A stretch of DNA of 64,000 bases from Lingula anatina (lineage: Eukaryota > Animalia > Brachiopoda), in NCBI GenBank assembly GCA_051362555.1, contig JBPQGU010000016.1, forward strand, positions 3,224,001 through 3,288,000, in the 5' to 3' direction. The notes under the pieces were generated by a model. It had not been told where the DNA came from, searched no databases, and saw nothing but the letters and a program-made list of their open reading frames with translations. The position numbers and the translations under genes were made by a program. Of this stretch, positions 51,101-64,000 are shown piece by piece (the stretch's first letter is position 1; every line of letters starts with the position of its first letter).

Positions 51101-54100
51101 CCCGTCACCAAATTTTCCAAAAAGTGATGAAAATCAATCTACCACACCTGTCATTCATAAAAAATGTGGAAACGCGCCCGGATCACTTCATTAAAGCCCC
51201 CAATTTCAGCTTTAAAGATGGCCAAAAAGCACACCTGAGAACAGGATTTGGAGAGAGGGGGGGTGGAGAGAGTTTTTGCTCTATTTCTTCCTTAATAATG
51301 ACACAACCACTCTTCCAGCACTTTATTCTGACTACAAATGACCAAACACACCTACCAGACACTATAATGAAGAAAAAAATTTTTCAACCCTACCTGGCCA
51401 AAATTGAAGAAAACTGCCATATCCGGACCTTACGAAAATCACTCAAAATCACCCAAAAATGACCCGTCACCAAATTTTCCAAAAAGTGATGAAAATCAAT
51501 CTACCACACCTGTCATTCATAAAAAATGTGGAAACGCGCCCGGATCACTTCATTAAAGCCCCCAATTTCAGCTTTAAAGATGGCCAAAAAGCACACCTGA
51601 GAACAGGATTTGGAGAGAGGGGGGGTGGAGAGAGTTTTTGCTCTATTTCTTCCTTAATAATGACACAACCACTCTTCCAGCACTTTATTCTGACTACAAA
51701 TGACCAAACACACCTACCAGACACTATAATGAAGAAAAAAATTTTTCAACCCTACCTGGCCAAAATTGAAGAAAACTGCCATATCCGGACCTTACGAAAA
51801 TCGCTCAAAATCACCCAAAAATGACCCGTCACCAAATTTTCCAAAAAGTGATGAAAATCAATCTACCACACCTGTCATTCATAAAAAATGTGGAAACGCG
51901 CCCGGATCACTTCATTAAAGCCCCCAATTTCAGCTTTAAAGATGGCCAAAAAGCACACCTGAGAACAGGATTTGGAGAGAGGAGGGGTGGAGAGAGTTTT
52001 TGCTCTATTTCTTCCTTAATAATGACACAACCACTCTTCCAGCACTTTATTCTGACTTCAAATGACCAAACACACCTACCAGACACTATAATGAAGAAAA
52101 AAATTTTTCAACCCTACCTGGCCAAAATTGAAGAAAACTGCCATATCCGGACCTTACGAAAATCACTCAAAATCACCCAAAAATGACCCGTCACCAAATT
52201 TTCCAAAAAGTGATGAAAATCAATCTACCACACCTGTCATTCATAAAAAATGTGGAAACGCGCCCGGATCACTTCATTAAAGCCCCCAATTTCAGCTTTA
52301 AAGATGGCCAAAAAGCACACCTGAGAACAGGATTTGGAGAGAGGGGGGGTGGAGAGAGTTTTTGCTCTATTTCTTCCTTAATAATGACACAACCACTCTT
52401 CCAGCACTTTATTCTGACTACAAATGACCAAACACACCTACCAGACACTATAATGAAGAAAAAAATTTTTCAACCCTACCTGGCCAAAATTGAAGAAAAC
52501 TGCCATATCCGGACCTTACGAAAATCACTCAAAATCACCCAAAAATGACCCGTCACCAAATTTTCCAAAAAGTGATGAAAATCAATCTACCACACCTGTC
52601 ATTCATAAAAAATGTGGAAACGCGCAAGGATCACTTCATTAAAGCCCCCAATTTCAGCTTTAAAGATGGCCAAAAAGCACACCTGAGAACAGGATTTGGA
52701 GAGAGGGGGGGTGGAGAGAGTTTTTGCTCTATTTCTTCCTTAATAATGACACAACCACTCTTCCAGCACTTTATTCTGACTTCAAATGACCAAACACACC
52801 TACCAGACACTATAATGAAGAAAAAAATTTTTCAACCCTACCTGGCCAAAATTGAAGAAAACTGCCATATCCGGACCTTACGAAAATCACTCAAAATCAC
52901 CCAAAAAATGACCCGTCACCAAATTTTCCAAAAAGTGATGAAAATCAATCTACCACACCTGTCATTCATAAAAAATGTGGAAACGCGCCCGGATCACTTC
53001 ATTAAAGCCCCCAATTTCAGCTTTAAAGATGGCCAAAAAGCACACCTGAGAACAGGATTTGGAGAGAGGGGGGGTGGAGAGAGTTTTTGCTCTATTTCTT
53101 CCTTAATAATGACACAACCACTCTTCCAGCACTTTATTCTGACTACAAATGACCAAACACACCTACCAGACACTATAATGAAGAAAAAAATTTTTCAACC
53201 CTACCTGGCCAAAATTGAAGAAAACTGCCATATCCGGACCTTACGAAAATCACTCAAAATCACCCAAAAATGACCCGTCACCAAATTTTCCAAAAAGTGA
53301 TGAAAATCAATCTACCACACCTGTCATTCATAAAAAATGTGGAAACGCGCCCGGATCACTTCATTAAAGCCCCCAATTTCAGCTTTAAAGATGGCCAAAA
53401 AGCACACCTGAGAACAGGATTTGGAGAGAGGGGGGGTGGAGAGAGTTTTTGCTCTATTTCTTCCTTAATAATGACACAACCACTCTTCCAGCACTTTATT
53501 CTGACTACAAATGACCAAACACACCTACCAGACACTATAATGAAGAAAAAAATTTTTCAACCCTACCTGGCCAAAATTGAAGAAAACTGCCATATCCGGA
53601 CCTTACGAAAATCGCTCAAAATCACCCAAAAATGACCCGTCACCAAATTTTCCAAAAAGTGATGAAAATCAATCTACCACACCTGTCATTCATAAAAAAT
53701 GTGGAAACGCGCCCGGATCACTTCATTAAAGCCCCCAATTTCAGCTTTAAAGATGGCCAAAAAGCACACCTGAGAACAGGATTTGGAGAGAGGGGGGGTG
53801 GAGAGAGTTTTTGCTCTATTTCTTCCTTAATAATGACACAACCACTCTTCCAGCACTTTATTCTGACTACAAATGACCAAACACACCTACCAGACACTAT
53901 AATGAAGAAAAAAATTTTTCAACCCTACCTGGCCAAAATTGAAGAAAACTGCCATATCCGGACCTTACGAAAATCACTCAAAATCACCCAAAAAATGACC
54001 CGTCACCAAATTTTCCAAAAAGTGATGAAAATCAATCTACCACACCTGTCATTCATAAAAAATGTGGAAACGCGCCCGGATCACTTCATTAAAGCCCCCA

Positions 54101-55442
54101 ATTTCAGCTTTAAAGATGGCCAAAAAGCACACCTGAGAACAGGATTTGGAGAGAGGGGGGGTGGAGAGAGTTTTTGCTCTATTTCTTCCTTAATAATGAC
54201 ACAACCACTCTTCCAGCACTTTATTCTGACTACAAATGACCAAACACACCTACCAGACACTATAATGAAGAAAAAAATTTTTCAACCCTACCTGGCCAAA
54301 ATTGAAGAAAACTGCCATATCCGGACCTTACGAAAATCACTCAAAATCACCCAAAAATGACCCGTCACCAAATTTTCCAAAAAGTGATGAAAATCAATCT
54401 ACCACACCTGTCATTCATAAAAAATGTGGAAACGCGCCCGGATCACTTCATTAAAGCCCCCAATTTCAGCTTTAAAGATGGCCAAAAAGCACACCTGAGA
54501 ACAGGATTTGGAGAGAGGGGGGGTGGAGAGAGTTTTTGCTCTATTTCTTCCTTAATAATGACACAACCACTCTTCCAGCACTTTATTCTGACTACAAATG
54601 ACAAAACACACCTACCAGACACTATAATGAAGAAAAAAATTTTTCAACCCTACCTGGCCAAAATTGAAGAAAACTGCCATATCCGGACCTTACGAAAATC
54701 ACTCAAAATCACCCAAAAATGACCCGTCACCAAATTTTCCAAAAAGTGATGAAAATCAATCTACCACACCTGTCATTCATAAAAAATGTGGAAACGCGCC
54801 CGGATCACTTCATTAAAGCCCCCAATTTCAGCTTTAAAGATGGCCAAAAAGCACACCTGAGAACAGGATTTGGAGAGAGGGGGGGTGGAGAGAGTTTTTG
54901 CTCTATTTCTTCCTTAATAATGACACAACCACTCTTCCAGCACTTTATTCTGACTACAAATGACCAAACACACCTACCAGACACTATAATGAAGAAAAAA
55001 ATTTTTCAACCCTACCTGGCCAAAATTGAAGAAAACTGCCATATCCGGACCTTACGAAAATCACTCAAAATCACCCAAAAATGACCCGTCACCAAATTTT
55101 CCAAAAAGTGATGAAAATCAATCTACCACACCTGTCATTCATAAAAAATGTGGAAACGCGCCCGGATCACTTCATTAAAGCCCCCAATTTCAGCTTTAAA
55201 GATGGCCAAAAAGCACACCTGAGAACAGGATTTGGAGAGAGGGGGGGTGGAGAGAGTTTTTGCTCTATTTCTTCCTTAATAATGACACAACCACTCTTCC
55301 AGCACTTTATTCTGACTACAAATGACCAAACACACCTACCAGACACTATAATGAAGAAAAAAATTTTTCAACCCTACCTGGCCAAAATTGAAGAAAACTG
55401 CCATATCCGGACCTTACGAAAATCGCTCAAAATCACCCAAAA

Positions 55443-58400
55443 ATGACCCGTCACCAAATTTTCCAAAAAGTGATGAAAATCAATCTACCACACCTGTCAT
55501 TCATAAAAAATGTGGAAACGCGCCCGGATCACTTCATTAAAGCCCCCAATTTCAGCTTTAAAGATGGCCAAAAAGCACACCTGAGAACAGGATTTGGAGA
55601 GAGTTTTTGCTCTATTTCTTCCTTAATAATGACACAACCACTCTTCCAGCACTTTATTCTGACTACAAATGACCAAACACACCTACCAGACACTATAATG
55701 AAGAAAAAAATTTTTCAACCCTACCTGGCCAAAATTGAAGAAAACTGCCATATCCGGACCTTACGAAAATCACTCAAAATCACCCAAAAATGACCCGTCA
55801 CCAAATTTTCCAAAAAGTGATGAAAATCAATCTACCACACCTGTCATTCATAAAAAATGTGGAAACGCGCCCGGATCACTTCATTAAAGCCCCCAATTTC
55901 AGCTTTAAAGATGGCCAAAAAGCACACCTGAGAACAGGATTTGGAGAGAGGGGGGGTGGAGAGAGTTTTTGCTCTATTTCTTCCTTAATAATGACACAAC
56001 CACTCTTCCAGCACTTTATTCTGACTACAAATGACCAAACACACCTACCAGACACTATAATGAAGAAAAAAATTTTTCAACCCTACCTGGCCAAAATTGA
56101 AGAAAACTGCCATATCCGGACCTTACGAAAATCACTCAAAATCACCCAAAAATGACCCGTCACCAAATTTTCCAAAAAGTGATGAAAATCAATCTACCAC
56201 ACCTGTCATTCATAAAAAATGTGAAAACGCGCCCGGATCACTTCATTAAAGCCCCCAATTTCAGCTTTAAAGATGGCCAAAAAGCACACCTGAGAACAGG
56301 ATTTGGAGAGAGGGGGGGTGGAGAGAGTTTTTGCTCTATTTCTTCCTTAATAATGACACAACCACTCTTCCAGCACTTTATTCTGACTACAAATGACCAA
56401 ACACACCTACCAGACACTATAATGAAGAAAAAAATTTTTCAACCCTACCTGGCCAAAATTGAAGAAAACTGCCATATCCGGACCTTACGAAAATCACTCA
56501 AAATCACCCAAAAATGACCCGTCACCAAATTTTCCAAAAAGTGATGAAAATCAATCTACCACACCTGTCATTCATAAAAAATGTGGAAACGCGCCCGGAT
56601 CACTTCATTAAAGCCCCCAATTTCAGCTTTAAAGATGGCCAAAAAGCACACCTGAGAACAGGATTTGGAGAGAGGGGGGGTGGAGAGAGTTTTTGCTCTA
56701 TTTCTTCCTTAATAATGACACAACCACTCTTCCAGCACTTTATTCTGACTACAAATGACCAAACACACCTACCAGACACTATAATGAAGAAAAAAATTTT
56801 TCAACCCTACCTGGCCAAAATTGAAGAAAACTGCCATATCCGGACCTTACGAAAATCACTCAAAATCACCAAAAAATGACCCGTCACCAAATTTTCCAAA
56901 AAGTGATGAAAATCAATCTACCACACCTGTCATTCATAAAAAATGTGGAAACGCGCCCGGATCACTTTATTAAAGCCCCCAATTTCAGCTTTAAAGATGG
57001 CCAAAAAGCACACCTGAGAACAGGATTTGGAGAGAGGGGGGGTGGAGAGAGTTTTTGCTCTATTTCTTCCTTAATAATGACACAACCACTCTTCCAGCAC
57101 TTTTTCTGACTACAAATGACCAAACACACCTACCAGACACTATAATGAAGAAAAAAATTTGTCAACCCTACCTGGCCAAAATTGAAGAAAACTGCCATAT
57201 CCGGACCTTACGAAAATCACTCAAAATCACCCAAAAATGACCCGTCACCAAATTTTCCAAAAAGTGATGAAAATCAATCTACCACACCTGTCATTCATAA
57301 AAAATGTGGAAACGCGCCCGGATCACTTCATTAAAGCCCCCAATTTCAGCTTTAAAGATGGCCAAAAAGCACACCTGAGAACAGGATTTGGAGAGAGTTT
57401 TTGCTCTATTTCTTCCTTAATAATGACACAACCACTCTTCCAGCACTTTATTCTGACTACAAATGACCAAACACACCTACCAGACACTATAATGAAGAAA
57501 AAAATTTTTCAACCCTACCTGGCCAAAATTGAAGAAAACTGCCATATCCGGACCTTACGAAAATCACTCAAAATCACCCAAAAATGACCCGTCACCAAAT
57601 TTTCCAAAAAGTGATGAAAATCAATCTACCACACCTGTCATTCATAAAAAATGTGGAAACGCGCCCGGATCACTTCATTAAAGCCCCCAATTTCAGCTTT
57701 AAAGATGGCCAAAAAGCACACCTGAGAACAGGATTTGGAGAGAGGGGGGGTGGAGAGAGTTTTTGCTCTATTTCTTCCTTAATAATGACACAACCACTCT
57801 TCCAGCACTTTATTCTGACTACAAATGACCAAACACACCTACCAGACACTATAATGAAGAAAAAAATTTTTCAACCCTACCTGGCCAAAATTGAAGAAAA
57901 CTGCCATATCCGGACCTTACGAAAATCACTCAAAATCACCCAAAAATGACCCGTCACCAAATTTTCCAAAAAGTGATGAAAATCAATCTACCACACCTGT
58001 CATTCATAAAAAATGTGGAAACGCGCCCGGATCACTTCATTAAAGCCCCCAATTTCAGCTTTAAAGATGGCCAAAAAGCACACCTGAGAACAGGATTTGG
58101 AGAGAGGGGGGGTGGAGAGAGTTTTTGCTCTATTTCTTCCTTAATAATGACACAACCACTCTTCCAGCACTTTATTCTGACTACAAATGACCAAACACAC
58201 CTACCAGACACTATAATGAAGAAAAAAATTTTTCAACCCTACCTGGCCAAAATTGAAGAAAACTGCCATATCCGGACCTTACGAAAATCACTCAAAATCA
58301 CCCAAAAATGACCCGTCACCAAATTTTCCAAAAAGTGATGAAAATCAATCTACCACACCTGTCATTCATAAAAAATGTGGAAACGCGCCCGGATCACTTC

Positions 58401-59030
58401 ATTAAAGCCCCCAATTTCAGCTTTAAAGATGGCCAAAAAGCACACCTGAGAACAGGATTTGGAGAGAGGGGGGGTGGAGAGAGTTTTTGCTCTATTTCTT
58501 CCTTAATAATGACACAACCACTCTTCCAGCACTTTATTCTGACTACAAATGACCAAACACACCTACCAGACACTATAATGAAGAAAAAAATTTTTCAACC
58601 CTACCTGGCCAAAATTGAAGAAAACTGCCATATCCGGACCTTACGAAAATCACTCAAAATCACCAAAAAATGACCCGTCACCAAATTTTCCAAAAAGTGA
58701 TGAAAATCAATCTACCACACCTGTCATTCATAAAAAATGTGGAAACGCGCCCGGATCACTTTATTAAAGCCCCCAATTTCAGCTTTAAAGATGGCCAAAA
58801 AGCACACCTGAGAACAGGATTTGGAGAGAGGGGGGGTGGAGAGAGTTTTTGCTCTATTTCTTCCTTAATAATGACACAACCACTCTTCCAGCACTTTTTC
58901 TGACTACAAATGACCAAACACACCTACCAGACACTATAATGAAGAAAAAAATTTGTCAACCCTACCTGGCCAAAATTGAAGAAAACTGCCATATCCGGAC
59001 CTTACGAAAATCACTCAAAATCACCCAAAA
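55443..59030 (+). repeat. Tandem 5-monomer duplication (1,794 bp period)
   Basis: The 15-bp-deletion monomer occurs at 55443 and 57237, and the triple-variant monomer at 56876 and 58670. One SNP differs between the copies (56224). Confidence 0.9.
55595..55603 (+). repeat. B monomer lacking the 15-bp G-rich unit (347 bp monomer); also at ~57390
   Basis: The sequence reads ggatttggagagagtttttgc, and the monomer spacing 55443 to 55790 is 347 bp. Confidence 0.95.
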
Positions 59031-62000
59031 ATGACCCGTCACCAAATTTTCCAAAAAGTGATGAAAATCAATCTACCACACCTGTCATTCATAAAAAATG
59101 TGGAAACGCGCCCGGATCACTTCATTAAAGCCCCCAATTTCAGCTTTAAAGATGGCCAAAAAGCACACCTGAGAACAGGATTTGGAGAGAGGGGGGGTGG
59201 AGAGAGTTTTTGCTCTATTTCTTCCTTAATAATGACACAACCACTCTTCCAGCACTTTATTCTGACTACAAATGACCAAACACACCTACCAGACACTATA
59301 ATGAAGAAAAAAATTTTTCAACCCTACCTGGCCAAAATTGAAGAAAACTGCCATATCCGGACCTTACGAAAATCACTCAAAATCACCCAAAAATGACCCG
59401 TCACCAAATTTTCCAAAAAGTGATGAAAATCAATCTACCACACCTGTCATTCATAAAAAATGTGGAAACGCGCCCGGATCACTTCATTAAAGCCCCCAAT
59501 TTCAGCTTTAAAGATGGCCAAAAAGCACAACTGAGAACAGGATTTGGAGAGAGGGGGGGTGGAGAGAGGGGGGGTGGAGAGAGGGGGGGTGGAGAGAGTT
59601 TTTGCTCTATTTCTTCCTTAATAATGACACAACCACTCTTCCAGCACTTTATTCTGACTACAATAACCAAACACACCTACCAGACACTATAATGAAGAAA
59701 AAATTTTTCAACCCTACCTGGCCAAAATTGAAGAAAACTGCCATATCCGGACCTTACGAAAATCACTCAAAATCACCCAAAAATGACCCGTCACCAAATT
59801 TTCCAAAAAGTGATGAAAATCAATCTACCACACCTGTCATTCATAAAAAATGTGGAAACGCGCCCGGATCACTTCATTAAAGCCCCCAATTTCAGCTTTA
59901 AAGATGGCCAAAAAGCACACCTGAGAACAGGATTTGGAGAGAGGGGGGGTGGAGAGAGTTTTTGCTCTATTTCTTCCTTAATAATGACACAACCACTCTT
60001 CCAGCACTTTATTCTGACTACAAATGACCAAACACACCTACCAGACACTATAATGAAGAAAAAAATTTTTCAACCCTACCTGGCCAAAATTGAAGAAAAC
60101 TGCCATATCCGGACCTTACGAAAATCACTCAAAATCACCCAAAAATGACCCGTCACCAAATTTTCCAAAAAGTGATGAAAATCAATCTACCACACCTGTC
60201 ATTCATAAAAAATGTGGAAACGCGCCCGGATCACTTCATTAAAGCCCCCAATTTCAGCTTTAAAGATGGCCAAAAAGCACACCTGAGAACAGGATTTGGA
60301 GAGAGGGGGGGTGGAGAGAGTTTTTGCTCTATTTCTTCCTTAATAATGACACAACCACTCTTCCAGCACTTTATTCTGACTACAAATGACCAAACACACC
60401 TACCAGACACTATAATGAAGAAAAAAATTTTTCAACCCTACCTGGCCAAAATTGAAGAAAACTGCCATATCCGGACCTTACGAAAATCACTCAAAATCAC
60501 CCAAAAATGACCCGTCACCAAATTTTCCAAAAAGTGATGAAAATCAATCTACCACACCTGTCATTCATAAAAAATGTGGAAACGCGCCCGGATCACTTCA
60601 TTAAAGCCCCCAATTTCAGCTTTAAAGATGGCCAAAAAGCACACCTGAGAACAGGATTTGGAGAGAGGGGGGGTGGAGAGAGTTTTTGCTCTATTTCTTC
60701 CTTAATAATGACACAACCACTCTTCCAGCACTTTATTCTGACTACAAATGACCAAACACACCTACCAGACACTATAATGAAGAAAAAAATTTTTCAACCC
60801 TACCTGGCCAAAATTGAAGAAAACTGCCATATCCGGACCTTACGAAAATCACTCAAAATCACCCAAAAATGACCCGTCACCAAATTTTCCAAAAAGTGAT
60901 GAAAATCAATCTACCACACCTGTCATTCATAAAAAATGTGGAAACGCGCCCGGATCACTTCATTAAAGCCCCCAATTTCAGCTTTAAAGATGGCCAAAAA
61001 GCACACCTGAGAACAGGATTTGGAGAGAGGGGGGGTGGAGAGAGTTTTTGCTCTATTTCTTCCTTAATAATGACACAACCACTCTTCCAGCACTTTATTC
61101 TGACTACAAATGACCAAACACACCTACCAGACACTATAATGAAGAAAAAAATTTTTCAACCCTACCTGGCCAAAATTGAAGAAAACTGCCATATCCGGAC
61201 CTTACGAAAATCACTCAAAATCACCCAAAAATGACCCGTCACCAAATTTTCCAAAAAGTGATGAAAATCAATCTACCACACCTGTCATTCATAAAAAATG
61301 TGGAAACGCGCCCGGATCACTTCATTAAAGCCCCCAATTTCAGCTTTAAAGATGGCCAAAAAGCACACCTGAGAACAGGATTTGGAGAGAGGGGGGGGTG
61401 GAGAGAGTTTTTGCTCTATTTCTTCCTTAATAATGACACAACCACTCTTCCAGCACTTTATTCTGACTACAAATGACCAAACACACCTACCAGACACTAT
61501 AATGAAGAAAAAAATTTTTCAACCCTACCTGGCCAAAATTGAAGAAAACTGCCATATCCGGACCTTACGAAAATCACTCAAAATCACCCAAAAATGACCC
61601 GTCACCAAATTTTCCAAAAAGTGATGAAAATCAATCTACCACACCTGTCATTCATAAAAAAAGTGGAAACGCGCCCGGATCACTTCATTAAAGCCCCCAA
61701 TTTCAGCTTTAAAGATGGCCAAAAAGCACACCTGAGAACAGGATTTTTTGGAGAGAGGGGGGGTGGAGAGAGTTTTTGCTCTATTTCTTCCTTAATAATG
61801 ACACAACCACTCTTCCAGCACTTTATTCTGACTACAAATGACCAAACACACCTACCAGACACTATAATGAAGAAAAAAATTTTTCAACCCTACCTGGCCA
61901 AAATTGAAGAAAACTGCCATATCCAGACCTTACGAAAATCACTCAAAATCACCCAAAAATGACCCGTCACCAAATTTTCCAAAAAGTGATGAAAATCAAT
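58450..62000 (+). repeat. Long-range copy of the junction-proximal block (~9857-13400) at 48,593 bp offset
   Basis: Shared ordered variants: caccAaaaaa, cacttTatt, cactttttctg, tttGtcaa, cacaActg with the triple 15-mer and caaTAacc, G8, aaaaaaAgtgg and tccAgacc. ORF-track variants at 10077/58670, 10800/59393, 12638/61231 and 13001/61594 all differ by 48593. Confidence 0.92.
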
Positions 62001-64000
62001 CTACCACACCTGTCATTCATAAAAAATGTGGAAACGCGCCCGGATCACTTCATTAAAGCCCCCAATTTCAGCTTTAAAGATGGCCAAAAAGCACACCTGA
62101 GAACAGGATTTGGAGAGAGGGGGGGTGGAGAGAGTTTTTGCTCTATTTCTTCCTTAATAATGACACAACCACTCTTCCAGCACTTTATTCTGACTACAAA
62201 TGACCAAACACACCTACCAGACACTATAATGAAGAAAAAAATTTTTCAACCCTACCTGGCCAAAATTGAAGAAAACTGCCATATCCGGACCTTACGAAAA
62301 TCACTCAAAATCACCCAAAAATGACCCGTCACCAAATTTTCCAAAAAGTGATGAAAATCAATCTACCACACCTGTCATTCATAAAAAATGTGGAAACGCG
62401 CCCGGATCACTTCATTAAAGCCCCCAATTTCAGCTTTAAAGATGGCCAAAAAGCACACCTGAGAACAGGATTTGGAGAGAGGGGGGGGTGGAGAGAGTTT
62501 TTGCTCTATTTCTTCCTTAATAATGACACAACCACTCTTCCAGCACTTTATTCTGACTACAAATGACCAAACACACCTACCAGACACTATAATGAAGAAA
62601 AAAATTTTTCAACCCTACCTGGCCAAAATTGAAGAAAACTGCCATATCCGGACCTTACGAAAATCACTCAAAATCACCCAAAAATGACCCGTCACCAAAT
62701 TTTCCAAAAAGTGATGAAAATCAATCTACCACACCTGTCATTCATAAAAATGTGGAAACGCGCCCCGGATCACTTCATTAAAGCCCCCAATTTCAGCTTT
62801 AAAGATGGCCAAAAAGCACACCTGAGAACAGGATTTGGAGAGAGGGGGGGTGGAGAGAGTTTTTGCTCTATTTCTTCCTTAATAATGACACAACCACTCT
62901 TCCAGCACTTTATTCTGACTACAAATGACAAAACACACCTACCAGACACTATAATGAAGAAAAAAATTTTTCAAACCCTACCTGGCCAAAATTGAAGAAA
63001 ACTGCCATATCCGGACCTTACGAAATCACTCAAAATCACCCAAAAATGACCCGTCACCCAAATTTTCCAAAAAGTGATGAAAATCAATCTACCACACCTG
63101 TCATTCATAAAAAATGTGGAAACGCGCCCGGATCACTTCATTTAAAGCCCCCAATTTCAGCTTTAAAGATGGCCAAAAAGCACACCTGAGAACAGGATTT
63201 GGAGAGAGGGGGGGTGGAGAGAGTTTTTGCTCTATTTCTTCCTTAATAATGACACAACCACTCTTCCAGCACTTTATTCTGACTACAAATGACCAAACAC
63301 ACCTACCAGACACTATAATGAAGAAAAAAATTTTTCAACCCTACCTGGCCAAAATTGAAGAAAACTGCCATATCCGGACCTTACGAAAATCACTCAAAAT
63401 CACCCAAAAATGACCCGTCACCAAATTTTCCAAAAAGTGATGAAAATCAATCTACCACACCTGTCATTCATAAAAAATGTGGAAACGCGCCCGGATCACT
63501 TCATTAAAGCCCCCAATTTCAGCTTTAAAGATGGCCAAAAAGCACACCTTGAGAACAGGATTTGGAGAGAGGGGGGGTGGAGAGAGTTTTTGCTCTATTT
63601 CTTCCTTAAATAATGACACAAACCACTCTTCCAGCACTTTATTCTGACTACAAATGACCAAACACACCTACCAGACACTATAATGAAGAAAAAAATTTTT
63701 CAACCCTACCTGGCCAAAATTGAAGAAAACTGCCATATCCGGACCTTACGAAAATCACTCAAAATCACCCAAAAATGGCCCGTCACCAAATTTTCCAAAA
63801 AGTGATGAAAATCAATCTACCACACCTGTCATTCATAAAAAATGTGGAAACGCGCCCGGATCACCTTCATTAAAGCCCCCAATTTCAGCTTTAAAGATGG
63901 CCAAAAAGCACACCTGAGAACAGGATTTGGAGAGAGGGGGGGGTGGAGAGAGTTTTTGCTCTATTTCTTCCTTAATAATGACACAACCACTCTTCCAGCA

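Larger units (their letters stand above)
9857..64000 (+). repeat. Tandem satellite array, subfamily B (362 bp monomer, ~150 copies)
   Basis: Exact 362-bp period (e.g. monomer starts at 11190, 11552, 11914, 12276). Most monomers match the consensus, with sporadic SNPs and G-run length changes. The array continues past the right window edge. Confidence 0.99.

Noticed and set aside
60-63917. About 250 short ORFs as protein-coding genes or a tandem gene array
   Set aside because: All are translations of the satellite monomer. Frames are broken freely by homopolymer changes and are not conserved between subfamilies, and I recognise no domain.
1-64000. CRISPR array or other repeat-spacer system
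   Set aside because: There are no unique spacers; whole 362-bp units are repeated and no cas-like genes are present.
1-64000. Assignment to a named ~360-bp satellite (e.g. Drosophila 359-bp/1.688, Tribolium TCAST, cucurbit satellites)
   Set aside because: Only the length is similar and I cannot recognise sequence identity. A BLAST/Dfam search of the consensus is needed.

Overview
The whole 64-kb window is tandem satellite DNA with a ~361-362 bp monomer, typical of eukaryotic heterochromatin; I cannot assign the organism or a named satellite family. There are no credible genes, RNA genes, CRISPR arrays or transposons, and the ORF track is simply the repeat monomer translated again and again. 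Two related subfamilies meet in opposite orientation at a sharp junction at position 9857. Subfamily A (1-9857, ~27 monomers) is the reverse complement of subfamily B (9857-64000, ~150 monomers) with about 38 differences per monomer (~89-90% identity by manual alignment). Each array is internally almost identical. Rare variants reveal a layered amplification history: 2- to 5-monomer and 8-monomer local duplications, a duplication at 7,791 bp offset, and a ~3.5 kb block next to the junction that recurs 48,593 bp away. The monomer has an 82-bp segment conserved between subfamilies, a hypervariable segment where three independent rearrangements break, phased A-tracts, and a G-rich 15-bp slippage unit present in 0, 1 or 3 copies. 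The last ~1.3 kb looks like low-quality consensus.
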